From contig CATNEN010000041.1 in NCBI GenBank assembly GCA_950097015.1, positions 1,674,001 to 1,738,000 of the forward strand: 64,000 nt of DNA. Direction: 5' to 3'. This DNA comes from Macrostomum hystrix (Eukaryota > Animalia > Platyhelminthes). The notes under the pieces were generated by a model that was not told the DNA's origin, made no database searches, and was given only the letters and a program-made list of their open reading frames with translations. A program made the translations under genes and the position numbers. This document shows positions 49,812 to 61,236 of this stretch, piece by piece. The first letter of the stretch is position 1; each line of letters begins with the position of its first letter.

Positions 49812-52800
49812 GGAGCCGAAAAGTTTTAAGCCAAATGCGAGTTCGAGGCCACCCAGAGAGAAGGGAGTAGTGACTCATTGGAAAGACTCTTACGGGTTCA
49901 TCCAGTCCTCTCAGATAGGCGACTCTGTTTTTGCGCACCTGTCTCAGTTGGTCCAGCCCCTGTTGGACCTGGCCTTAAGCCACCAGCTAGTGGGTACCAG
50001 CGTGACATTCAGCCGTGTCGCCGACGCTGGCAAGTCTAGAGACAAAGCTATTAGTGTGACAGCTACGTCGACGGACCCTAAGTGTGCTGAAGTGTCTTCA
50101 GACCTTCCCAGTTACAAGGCAGGATTCTATGTTCAGGTTGAGATTGGCGAGACCAAGACTGTTGCCCTTCTAGATCCCGGTGCCAATGCCTCCCTGATTT
50201 GCCCGAAGATGCGAGACAAGCTCCTAGAAGCTGATCCAATCAATAATGTCTTCACCCCTGCTCGCACCCAGCGCACAGCTACTGGTTTCAATGGGGCTAG
50301 TTCGCAAATACTAGGCAAGCTCCAGTGCGAAGTGAGTTTAGGCAAATTAAAACAGCAGCACATATTCTTAGTGATTGAAGGCCAGTTATCCGAGATCCTG
50401 CTAGGGTTGGACTTCTGTGGTAATTTCCAAATCGTCATGGACATGGCCTGTGACCGTGTGACCTGCGCTGGAGAGTACGTCCCAATTTTTCGCGGCACCA
50501 ATGCGATCTGTAGCGTGAATCGCGTTGTGGCCGCTTGCGATACAGTCCTGCCACCCCGCTCAGAAACGCTGATCCCAGCTAGGGCTATAGACGCTGAGAG
50601 CAGTTCCTATGGCGTTGTTAGTGCCAGATTATTCGACCCCGACCCGTCTATCATAGTCGCCAATTCATTGGACCAGGTCAGCCCCACTAGTCACGTGTTA
50701 GTCAGAGTCCTAAACAGCGGCGAAGATGAGGTGAGGATTGCCAAGGGCGAGGAGGTAGCGTCTTTCAAGAAGCTAGGAGCTGATGAGAGCGTAGTGAGTA
50801 CCAGACTTAGTGAGAGTGATTTCAGCATTGACAACGAGAGCGCGCTTAATGATAAGCTGTGCAAGTTGCCCTACCCAGATCCAGGGACAGCCAAGTGGCT
50901 CTTAGATCAATTTCACCTGCAGGAGCGTAACCTGACCCAGGAGCAGCTGGATACGACAGTAAAAATGCTGAACTATTTTCTTAGCCAGATCTCGAAATCG
51001 GAAGCAGACATCGGTAGAACCCCTCTGCATGAACTGTCAATCGAGTTAAAGGACCCGAAGTGTCGCCCGATTTCTCAGCCATCGAGGCGAACAACCCCAG
51101 CGCAAAAGGAATTTCTGGATAAGTACATCGCCCAGCTCCTAAACCAGGGAGTTGTTGAAGAGTGCGACTCCGAGTGGGCCTCACCCATTGTGCTTGTGAA
51201 AAAGAAGGACGGTACATGGCGCCTTTGCGTAGATTACCGTGCGCTCAACAAGCACATAAAGCCGTGCTCTTTCCCGCTGCCCTTAATAGACGAATCTTTC
51301 GATAGCTTAGCGGGATCCGCCGTCTTCAGTAGTTTAGATCTGACGAGCGCCTACTGGCAGGTAGGGATCCGGGAAGCTGACCGAGACCTCACCGCGTTCT
51401 CATGTCCCCCAGGGCACCTTTCGTTGGACCGTAGTCCCCTATGGGATCAAGACCGCGCCTGCCAGTTTCGCCAGGCTGATGCACCGCGTGTTTCGCCCTC
51501 TTTTGCTCAGGGTTAGCCTAATTTACCTAGACGATGTCATCATCAAGGCCAGAAACAAACGACGAGATGATTTCCCATCTGGCGCTAGTTTTCTGGCAGC
51601 TTAGAAAAGCGAATCTGAAAATCAGACCCTCGAAGTGTGAGCTCTTCAAGGACAAACTGAAGTTTCTGGGATTCATAGTTTCCTCAAAAGGGATAGAGGC
51701 CGATCCGACCAAAACTGAGGCCGTTCAACAGTGGTGTACACCTAGGGATAAGAAGCAGCTTCTCTCCTTCCTGGGATTTGCCAATTATTACAGAAAGTTT
51801 GTCCCTAGGTTCTCCATCATAGCCACGCCTCTGTATGCCCTAGCCAAGAGCTCTGAGAAATTTGTTTGGCGCCAAGTGCACGAGGCCGCTTTCCAAGAAC
51901 TAAAGTCCAACCTATGTAATCCACCAGTGCTGAGATACCCAGACCTGAGTCCCACAGCGGGCACCTTTGTTCTAGACTGCGACAGCTCCCTTGACGGTGT
52001 GGGAGCAGTCCTTTCCCAACTAGATGGGAACGACGTAGAACAAGTGATTGCCTACGCTTCTAAAAAATTCACCAGCGCGCAGCGAAACTATTGCGCCACC
52101 ATGAGGGAGCTCCTAGGTCTGGTTCTCATGTTAGAGCAGTTTAGGACCTACTTACTTGACCGGGAGTTCCTAGTGCGAACAGATGCGATTGCTCTGAAGT
52201 GGTTACACTCGAAAAAACACGCAACCGGAATGCTCGCCCAATGGTTGGTCACACTAGAGCCTTACACCTTCAAGGTAGACCAGACTCCACTGGAGAGAAT
52301 AGCGGAGTACGATTTTAAAATCTCCCACAGAGCTGGGGAATCCCACGTTAATGCGGATGTTTTGAGTCGCAACCCGAAGTTCAGAGCAGACCATTTCGAC
52401 TGCCCAACCTGTAGCCTGATCCCAGAATTTATATCCAAGTTCCAGAAGGGAAAAAAACCAGCGCCATCGGATGTTAGTGAGGTCAAAATCAGCCGTATGT
52501 GTGTCAGTACTCAGACTCTAGTCACAACTGGCTGTCAGACCACCGAGCTGATATTCGACTCAGCGATTCAGCTTCAAAATGAGCCGGTTACAGACTTAGC
52601 AGTTCAGACTGACCTCCAACGGGTCCCTGAGATCCCTGAGCCTAATCAAGCTAGCAAGCGCCCAGTCATCCCAACCTCGTCTGCAGGTACTCAGGTAGAC
52701 ACCAAACCTAAACCGGAAACACCGCCATCAGCCGCAGCACATGCTGTGCAAGTCCAGGTCTCGGATAGGTCCACGATCGCAGACGAAGTTCTAGACCCAG

Positions 52801-54981
52801 GCAGTGATAACGAAGATGAGGCGGGGGCTGAACAGAGAGAAAGAGAATGGGCCCGTAGTGCTCAGGATTCGAACATTGATCTTGTTTTCCTGAGAGATGC
52901 TGTAGCTGGAAAGGTAGAGAGGTTGTCTAAGCAGGAGCTCCAAGGTTGCAGTCGTGAGCTCAGAGCCTTATGGGCTATGTTTGACGAACTGTCTGTTGAG
53001 GACGGTCTGCTGCTTCGGAACAAGCCAGCCAAGAAAAGGAAGCCCGCTGCCAAGCTTACGGTCATCCCCTGAGTCTGCGAATGTAGATGAACTAGTGACC
53101 CAACTACCACAGAGCCGTTAATCACTCGGGGATAAAAAAGACTTTAGGAGTGGTAAAAAAGAACTTTCAAATCTCGAACCTAGAAACTATGGTCAAGGGA
53201 GTCGTAGCCAGCTGTGAGATTTGCGCTAGGACTAAGAAATGCAAGCGAAAGAACAAAGCTCCGATGCAGCCAACTCTAGCCGGGTACCCGAACCAGGTCG
53301 TGCATGTAGACCATTGCGGACCGTTCCCTGAACAGGAAGGCTACCGGTATCTGCTTGTAATGATTGACAGATTCACCGGATTTGTGGAAATTGTCCCTGT
53401 GAAAGACGTAACTGCCGAGACAACCGCGGCAGCAATCCTGACAGAGTGGATTGTTCGCTACGGTGCTATGGAGCAAATGGTCTCGGACAATGGCACAGCA
53501 TTCATAAATAACATTGTTGCAGAGCTGACCCGCTTGCTAGAGATCGATACCGTTAGAATCACTGCTCGCCGCCCCCAGGCCAACGGGAAGGTGGAACGCA
53601 ACATCCAGACTATTAAGAGTCAAATTCGAGCAGTCTGTGCTGAGAGGCATGTGACTTGGCCCTTTGCCGCTAGGTGTGTAGGAATGAGCATCCGCTCTCT
53701 AGAATCCGAATCGACAGGCATGACACCTGCTAAGCTTTTTCTGGGCCGTGAATTTCAAATGCCCCTAGACCTGATGTACAACCCACCAAGGCAAGATTGC
53801 TATGACCCGGACAGTTACGCGCACCGACTCCACCGAACTCTTGTCGAAACCTCTGCCACCGCACGGGCTGTTAGGAAGAAGGCACAGGCTAGGCAGAAGC
53901 GTTACTATGACAGATCGGTTTATAAGTCAAGCTACGAGGTTGGAGAGCTAGTGTGGGTTCTAAACCCCGACCACAAGGGCCTCGACCCAGCTGTTTGGTT
54001 TGGTCCGTACAAGGTTATTCAGAAGGTCTCTGAGAGAAACTATAGGTTGATTCCAGAGTTTTCGCGAGAGAATCCGTTTAGAGTCCCGAATCCTAGTCAC
54101 AACATCTATAACGTAGACCGGATGAAGAGGTGCATCCGCCAGCCAAACTATCAGGATGTGGTTGATAGATTTAGATTAGACACCGTAGCAAGGATGCCAC
54201 GCTCATCTAAGCTAGGACAAGGAGATCTGGATTCCAGCTCCAGACAGCTGAGCTTTAGTTCTGACTCGACTTCCGAACCAGACTTGGTCACTGTCCCACC
54301 TCCGGGTCAGAAGAGCCGCTCTTTTCCGAGAAGCCAATCGTCATCAATCACACAGCCAGTTCAACAGCCAATCACACAGCCAGTTCAACAGCCAATCACA
54401 CAGACAGTTCAACAGCCAATCACACAGCCAGTCGAACAGCCAATCACACAGCCAGTTCAACAGCCAATCACACAGCCAGTTCAACAGCCAATCACACAGC
54501 CAGTTCAACAGCCAATCACACAGCCAGTTCAACAGCCAATCACACAGCCAGTTCAACAGCCAATCACACAGACAGTTCAACAGCCAATCACACAGCCAGT
54601 TCAACAGCCAATCAAAACACTGCCAGTGGAACAGCCAAATGCTCAACCAGTCACTAACCAGAGTCACCACCCGAGGTGCAACCTGAACAAGCACCACAAG
54701 CAGTAAACATTGTCAATAATGAACAGGTGCCAGACATCGGTGCTGAAGTTGAAGTCACAGCAGAGCCAAATCCAGATCCTCAGGCAACACCAATACCAAA
54801 TATGCCACCAGAACCACAACCACAAATAGAACACGAGCACGAACATGAACACGAATACGATCAGACAGACCATGCACAGAGACCAGCTTGCACTGTTACG
54901 AGGTCCGGCCGGCAAGTAAGGCCGCCGGTCAGATTCCTTTCCACGCTGGTCAACCTGCTCAGGAGAGGTAACGAGAGCTAA
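49807..54981 (+). CDS. pol: Pol: cold-shock-like domain, protease, RT, RNase H, integrase; broken by ~5 single-base indels
   Basis: LLDPGA (50167), WASPIVLVKKKDGTWRLCVDYRALN, YLDD (51524-51535), LDCDSS..VGAVL, YCATMRELL, H-x5-H..C-x2-C, VHVDHCG, SDNGTAF, NGKVERNI, TRSGRQVRPP. Confidence 0.88.
54345..54612 (+). repeat. 24-bp coding repeat (QPITQPVQ)x~11 in the integrase tail
   Basis: aatcacacagccagttcaacagcc repeated in frame. Confidence 0.92.
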
Positions 54982-55676
54982 GGTGTAGTCGTGTCGTATG
55001 CTGCCTGTGTTCTGTGTGCCTGTTAGCTTTTCTTTAATAGCTTTCGCCAATCTCTTCATTTTGTCATTAGTTTAGTATCTCTGCGGTCGAGCCTTGAATC
55101 TTCGGATTAGGTTTTGGCCATAGTGTAAGCCTTTGTCGTAGTCATTGTTTGTAGCCTGTAGTTAGGAGCTTAGCTTGGCTGCGGCCGCTGGTGCTGTAGT
55201 CGAGGCCGCCCAGGTTTTCGCTCCGCCGCCGATTCGCCGAAATTTTCGCCAGTCCTAGACAATTCTCGTGTTTGTCTATTTGTCAGTTTTGTTTAAAAAA
55301 TAAAAAAAACATTGCATTTGCTAAAACAAAAATATTTTCAATTCCTTTTATTGCCTCTGCGGTTTGATGACGTTGTTCAATTTGCCAATATCTTGCTGAA
55401 TTTTTGCCTTTGGTTTTTGTTCGAATTTTTGCCATTCGTCGTTCAGTTTTGCCACTCGATATTCCGTTTTTGCCGTTCGTCTTTGAAGTTTAATGCCTGT
55501 TTTTGTGTCACTTGAAACTGCCATTGTTAACCTTATTTTCAAAATATTTCTAGACAGCTATTCTAATAACTCTAATAACGTAGCAACAATTTTGAAATCG
55601 TTTTTTTCGCTAGCCATTTCGATGTTCGTAGCCACTACTGTTAGTAGGCCATTAAGCTTCTGAGAGGGAGGCGAGT

Positions 55677-56131
55677 GTGACGTCGTCTCTCTAATTTAAT
55701 GTAATTTTAATATGCTATTTCTAATTAAGTGCATTATTTTCGTTAGCTATATTTGTTAGGGATATTTCTTCGGTTTTCCATATATATTTATAATGGTTTT
55801 GTTTTAGTGTACTACATAGTCGTAGTTCGTATTCAAATGTGCTAATTAGGCCTTTCCAGGAAGGCTCCCAACCCTTCCCCCGGGCTTGTTCTACGACTGA
55901 GTGCTGGTTGTTATTTTGTCAGTGGCTAATCTGAACTGTAGCCGTAGCTGTATTTCAAGTGAATCCATTGAGTAGCTCTGTAACCCATCTAAGATATAGC
56001 CAGCATTCGCCGTAAAGACGATTTCTTAATTCGAAGGCCCAATTTACTGCATGAGAGTGCTTTCCGCTACGAAGGTTTTGTAACGATCGATAATTTACCT
56101 TGCTATTAAAATAAACCGAAACTTCGTCATA
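55677..56131 (+). repeat. 3' LTR (~455 bp)
   Basis: Preceded by the PPT; contains AATAAA near its end; identical to the 5' LTR. Confidence 0.95.
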
Positions 56132-57441
56132 ATGGGATAGGCCTAGCTCAGTGATAAGTGATATCGATATGGATAGTCTCAGTGCCTGATATGTTTAGCA
56201 TAATAATTGTGCAACTTTTTATTTAAGAAATATCCTTAAGACTGATATATTGATTAGCTTTAGGAACTGGGATATAGCCAATTCCTTGTCCAAAACATTT
56301 ACTATATCTAATCTAAGACTAAGTCACCATGCATTCCTGATCAAGACCTCAAAATGATAGGCCTATCTTGTTTTTTATACTAATATACTGTTGATACAAT
56401 AAAAATAATTGTAGGAAGGCTATGGGCAATGGCAAATCATTTGGTTACTGTAGACCCAGAACCAGTGATACCACTGACTCCTAAGCATATACAGACACAT
56501 TCTATACACTAAAATATACTGACATGACATTGATCTATATACCTACCCTGAGTTTTTCATCATTAGGTAGTGTACATTTCACAGAGTTTGGCCTTCAATG
56601 GTATAAAATGCATGACAAGCCCCTAAACCTTCTTTCTATGCCTTACATGAATGAGGAATGTGGCTTTGCCATAGAATTAAGCTTAGGGGTGATTCTCACG
56701 GGATTGCCACAGTACTGAAAAAATGTGTCTTTTAAAAAAATATATTTTATAATGTAATTTGAAGCTGTCCTGTTGAACCATTTGTGTTCTATCAATGTTT
56801 CCCTATGTGGGGCACTAAAGCTTTGTTATAAATTCCATTTGTTTACATATTTTTAAATTACTAGAAATCATGAAAGTCTGTAAAAGCACCATGTCTCACA
56901 CATGTTAGTCAAAGATTAAGACTTTCCCTTGTCAAAAGCGTTTGTGTTCAAGACGTCATTGTTCTTTTATATGGCAATATATAACTAAAATAAGCATTAG
57001 GAAACATAATTTCTATTATAATTCAGCTATATCTACTTACTTTGTGGCTTTTATAAGTGTCTCACAAAACTTAACTCATCGGATCTACGTCAGACCTCTT
57101 GACCTAAATTCGTCAGTAAAAAATTAGTGGTAGCATATTCAGTGCTAAATCCTCTTGCAAACAAAATATATATTTATGTACTTTCATAAAACTATAGGCA
57201 CACTACATACTATCTCTATTCAACTACCAAAAAACTAAAATGTAAAAAACAGATTTTTTTGAGTAAGCAGTTTGACTCATCGGATCTACGTTGGGGAAAT
57301 GTAAAATTCTCAGGATGTGTATTCTGTAAAACCGCAAATGCTATATCATATTATGAAGGGTACATAGATGTCTCTAATGACATATGGCACTTTATTCTAG
57401 CCCCAATGGATTCCTTAATATTTGCATTTAATAGCAGTTTT

Positions 57442-57484
57442 ACTCATCGGATCTACAGCCCTCAAAAGCATAGATCCGATGAGT
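57442..57484. other. Perfect 14-bp hairpin; arm also present at 57074 and 57275
   Basis: ACTCATCGGATCTA-15 nt-TAGATCCGATGAGT. Confidence 0.6.
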
Positions 57485-59056
57485 GATGAATGAAGAATTT
57501 GAATGAAAAATGATGAATTTGTCAATGAAGTGTTAAAAACTGCTTTAAACCACTTTTTACTGTAGCTTATATAATATACTGCAGTAATAGATGAAAAAAC
57601 AATCAAAATTGGCAAAAAACACTTTGGACACTAAAAGTGGCAACTCTGTGAGAACCACCCTTAGGGACCTTGTTAGATAAAGTAAACAAAATATACTTTC
57701 TTAGTTTTCTGTCCCTCTTTGTAAAATAGCCTTAAGTACTATGACTGTTATATTATTCTTTGTTGTTAAAATTGTAATTTAGTACTAGCTTAATAGCTAG
57801 TTGGTAATAGTGTACTGGCTTAATAATATTAATAAAATGCAACCCAAAGGCAACACAGTGGCCTGAAAAAGGGGGAAATGTCAAAACATGCATTTAAAGG
57901 TTGGTTTATGGACATGCTTCACTCTGTCAGCCTGGCTTAGGGCACATGCATAAGAGAAGAGCAGGTTGATATAACAGGTCAATTGTCCCTGTGCATACCT
58001 GTGTAGTCCCTACAGAGTACATGGAAGCATATCCTGCAGTAGCTCAGGGCAGTAGGCTTCAGTGCTGATCTCACCCAGTCAGCCACAGGCACTGCTGTCT
58101 CAGCAGGTCAGAAAGCCACATCAGTTGCACTTGTTCGTACAGTGAGTTGTTTGTCTCACTTCCTGGGGCGTGGCTCACTGTCCTTACCTAGATGAGCATC
58201 AGCCTAGTGACCAGCATTGCCCAGAGGTTGCAGCATATTTGCACCAGAGTGCAAATTAATAGATACTTAGATGAGCAAGCATATCTTATGCAACATTAAT
58301 TTAGTTGCTACAACAGCAAAAAATATAAATAAGCTATTTATGACACTTGATTATTCACTAAATATTGACCTTTTATTAGCTTATGGGTATTGAGTTACAA
58401 TGATATCATATCATATTCTCAAACCTAGTTATCTATGGCCTAACATTATGCACTTTTGAGACAAGTTCAAGTCTTTTAATAGTCTATTTTTGTTATTTGT
58501 AGCAGTACACTTGATTTATGCCTTATTACTAATTATTGCCTTGGAGCAACATGCTAAAATTAGATAAACTAGCAAGCTCATATTTCGCATAGTTATGGAC
58601 ATTGCAAAATAAAAAACAAAAGCGCATAAGGCCTAATAGCCTATGTATTTAGATTTGGGTCACCATGTTTATTTAAAACTTAGGCTTTAAATGAACTAGA
58701 AAAGCTAGACTAAGGGATAGAGAATGAAGGGCTAGCAGAGGAGGACATGGAACCCAATGAGAAATGAGTACATTTCTGAAGTTATAATGAAAAGTAGCCA
58801 ATAAATATTTTTAAAAGAAGATTGTGTTAAAGCTAGAACTTCAAAAATTATGAAATTTAGTATGTTAAATTTAACTCCAGTCTAGTCACTACCCTAAAAC
58901 TTTATTCTCTCTATCTAACCTATTCGAATGCATCATAAATTATTTAAGCTTTTGCTAAGTTGGTTAGATCGTTTGATGTGTCTATTACACAGAAATGTTA
59001 ATTTGCAATAGACCACAGAAAACCAGCAGCTTCACACTCATTGGCTTGCAGAGCCT

Positions 59057-61236
59057 ATGGACTCGGCAGCACTCCTGCCCATAGACATCCAGAGCAGCAA
59101 GCTCACAGACTGGCTGGTCAGCCGCCGGGTCTGCGACCGGCACTGGCTGCGCGACGCTGCTGAGGTTCGCCGGCGCATCGCCCAGCTGGCCGCCTCCGAC
59201 AGTCTCGGCCAGGAAGGCGTCAGCGCCGAGCTGCAGGCCGCCCTGCGGCAGCCGCAGATTCACTTCTGGCACTGCGACCGGATCGCAGAGGCGCTGAAGA
59301 AGCTAGACTCCGCTAATAAATCTTTTTTGTTTGGCTACTCATCCACTGTGATTCGCGAGCTGGACGCCATTCTGAAAGTTTATAAGTGAGCATGCAGCTG
59401 CCTACAGCTAGTAGGCTGTTTAGTTACTCTTGTGGTTATGTCAAAGTTCGCATTGAAAGCTTGAATTTCACAGATGCTTAGTTTACACTGTCTCCCTGAA
59501 CCCAGATCCAGGATTGGACTGCTTCCGTCAGCCCTGATTCGTAGTTATTGGATTTAGCGACAATCCCGTCTTTTTTAAGGGATTCCTAGATCCCAGATTC
59601 GATGGCATCCCTCTTCTTATAGTTAAGGAGTCACAGTCACAGCCAGTCTGTGAGCTTGCTGCTCTGGATGTCTATGGGCAGGAGTGCTGCCGAGTCCATA
59701 GGCTCTGCAAGCCAATGAGTGTGAAGCAGTTGGTTTTCTTATAGTTATCCCTAGATCACTAGATCCTCACACTCATCGCACTTTCGAATCTCCCCAATCG
59801 ACCACTTGCAGGCGCGGCAGCTGCTACGTTGCGGACGCCAGCCGCCTGCTGACTAAACTGGTGCAGGAGGAGGCGCCGCTGCTGAAGCGCCAGGCTGAAC
59901 GGTCCAGACGGCGCCAGACGGAGAGCGAGCGGCGCAAAGGCGAATTGGCTGCTTCAGGCGCCGAGGCCAGGTGAGAATGTGGGAACATTGCTCATGCTTT
60001 GAGCAGTAACAATATGCTTGACCGTTGCTGAATCTACCTTGTTCCATCTTTCATTTCCAGAGCGAAGTTCGCCGCCCTCTGCCGCCAGTTTGGCCTGGCG
60101 GGCGCCGCGGAAATCGATGGCTCGGGTGGTAGTCAGCAGCAGTTGCCGCTGGGCCGAGTGCGCCGCGAGCTAGTTACGCAGGCTGAGGCCCTGCCCGCCT
60201 GGTTCGACAGCGACTGCATGATCTCGGTGCGCGGCCTGGCCGATGCTGCCAGGTTCTATGCTGAATTCCTGCAGCAGACTTCACAGCTCAGCCAGGAGCA
60301 GCAGCAGCTGTGCCCGACCCTGAACTACCTGCTGCGGTGCGGCAACACCACCCAGTTCGAGTACGCTCACGGCCGCCCTCCGTCCAGCGTCGAACCGTTT
60401 CGCATGGCCCTGCCTGCCGAATTCACCGCCGATGATGCCACCGATGTCGTGGGCACTGGCGCTGGAGACGTCAGCGAAGGCGGCGGTATCGACTTTGGCG
60501 ATGATATCGACTTCTCAATTGCTGACGAAGGCGGCATCGACTTCTCCGGCATCGAGATCACTGACGACGCCACGAGTGTCTCCACCACGGCAGCAGGTGT
60601 TGTAGCTAGCAGTGCGGACGGCGATGGTGTTGCTCGCGGCGAGCAGGTGAAAAATCTAGCGATTCGTACTTGAGTGCTGTCAGACTCACATGCCACTGGC
60701 GTTTCAGGGCTTCTCAACACCTTGCCTCACTGCAGGCCCGCTCCGTGCTGGACACGCTCGACCTTCGCGAGCGCCTGCTAGACGATCTGCATGAGCTGGA
60801 CGCATTCTACAGCCGCGTGGGCCAGGAGCTGGCGGACCACTCCAACTGCGTCAGCCAGGCTGTGCTTGCTGCCTCCCCGGCGGTTAGCGAAATTGCCGCC
60901 GCTGGCGACCTGGGCGGCCGTGCTCGAGCTCTGATTGGCCAGCTCACTGAACCAAGTAGGCAGCACCTCATGCTCACTCGGTCATCTCCGGCCTACCTGA
61001 GCCGCCTGCTGCAGAGATTTGCCAGCCTGCGGGACCAGGCGGATAAGGCCGCTGCGGCCAGTAGCCTGCTGGAGCAGCGCCGCCAGGATGCCGAGGACGA
61101 GGAGCGCGCCCTGGCCCAACAGTTGGCCGCACTAAGAGCCCAGATTCTGGAGCTGAAGTCGCTGATTGAGTCGGAGATCTCACGCAGATGCGACAATCGC
61201 AGGATTAACATTATGGGCGAGGTGAATGCCGTGTGA
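59057..61236 (+). CDS. CDK5RAP3: CDK5 regulatory subunit-associated protein 3 (C53/LZAP)
   Basis: LPIDIQSSKLTDWLVSRR, IHFWHCDRI..L, SFLFGYSS, acidic IDFG/IDFS linker, RERLLDDLHELDAF, RRINIMGEVN; exons ~59057-59386, 59812-59970, 60061-60645, 60737-61236. Confidence 0.9.
59640..59739 (-). repeat. 100-bp inverted copy of the CDK5RAP3 start region (59017-59116)
   Basis: Reverse complement with 2 mismatches; flanked by TTCTTATAGTTA at 59614-59625 and 59736-59747. Confidence 0.92.

Larger units (their letters stand above)
47225..56131 (+). mobile_element. Full-length Ty3/Gypsy LTR retrotransposon (~8.9 kb)
   Basis: Identical LTRs; gag with CCHC; order PR-RT-RH-IN; polypurine tract GAGAGGGAGGCGAG (55662-55675). 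Confidence 0.96.

Noticed and set aside
52240-52300. Apparent 13-aa insertion duplicating the post-RNase H motif (WLVTLEPYTFKV...LERIAEYDFKI)
   Set aside because: In frame and plausibly ordinary lineage variation; cannot be judged without family alignment
54344-55059. Antisense ORFs (WLLNWLCD)n and MKRLAKAIKE...
   Set aside because: Reverse-frame shadows of the integrase-tail repeats; no evidence for an env-like or antisense gene
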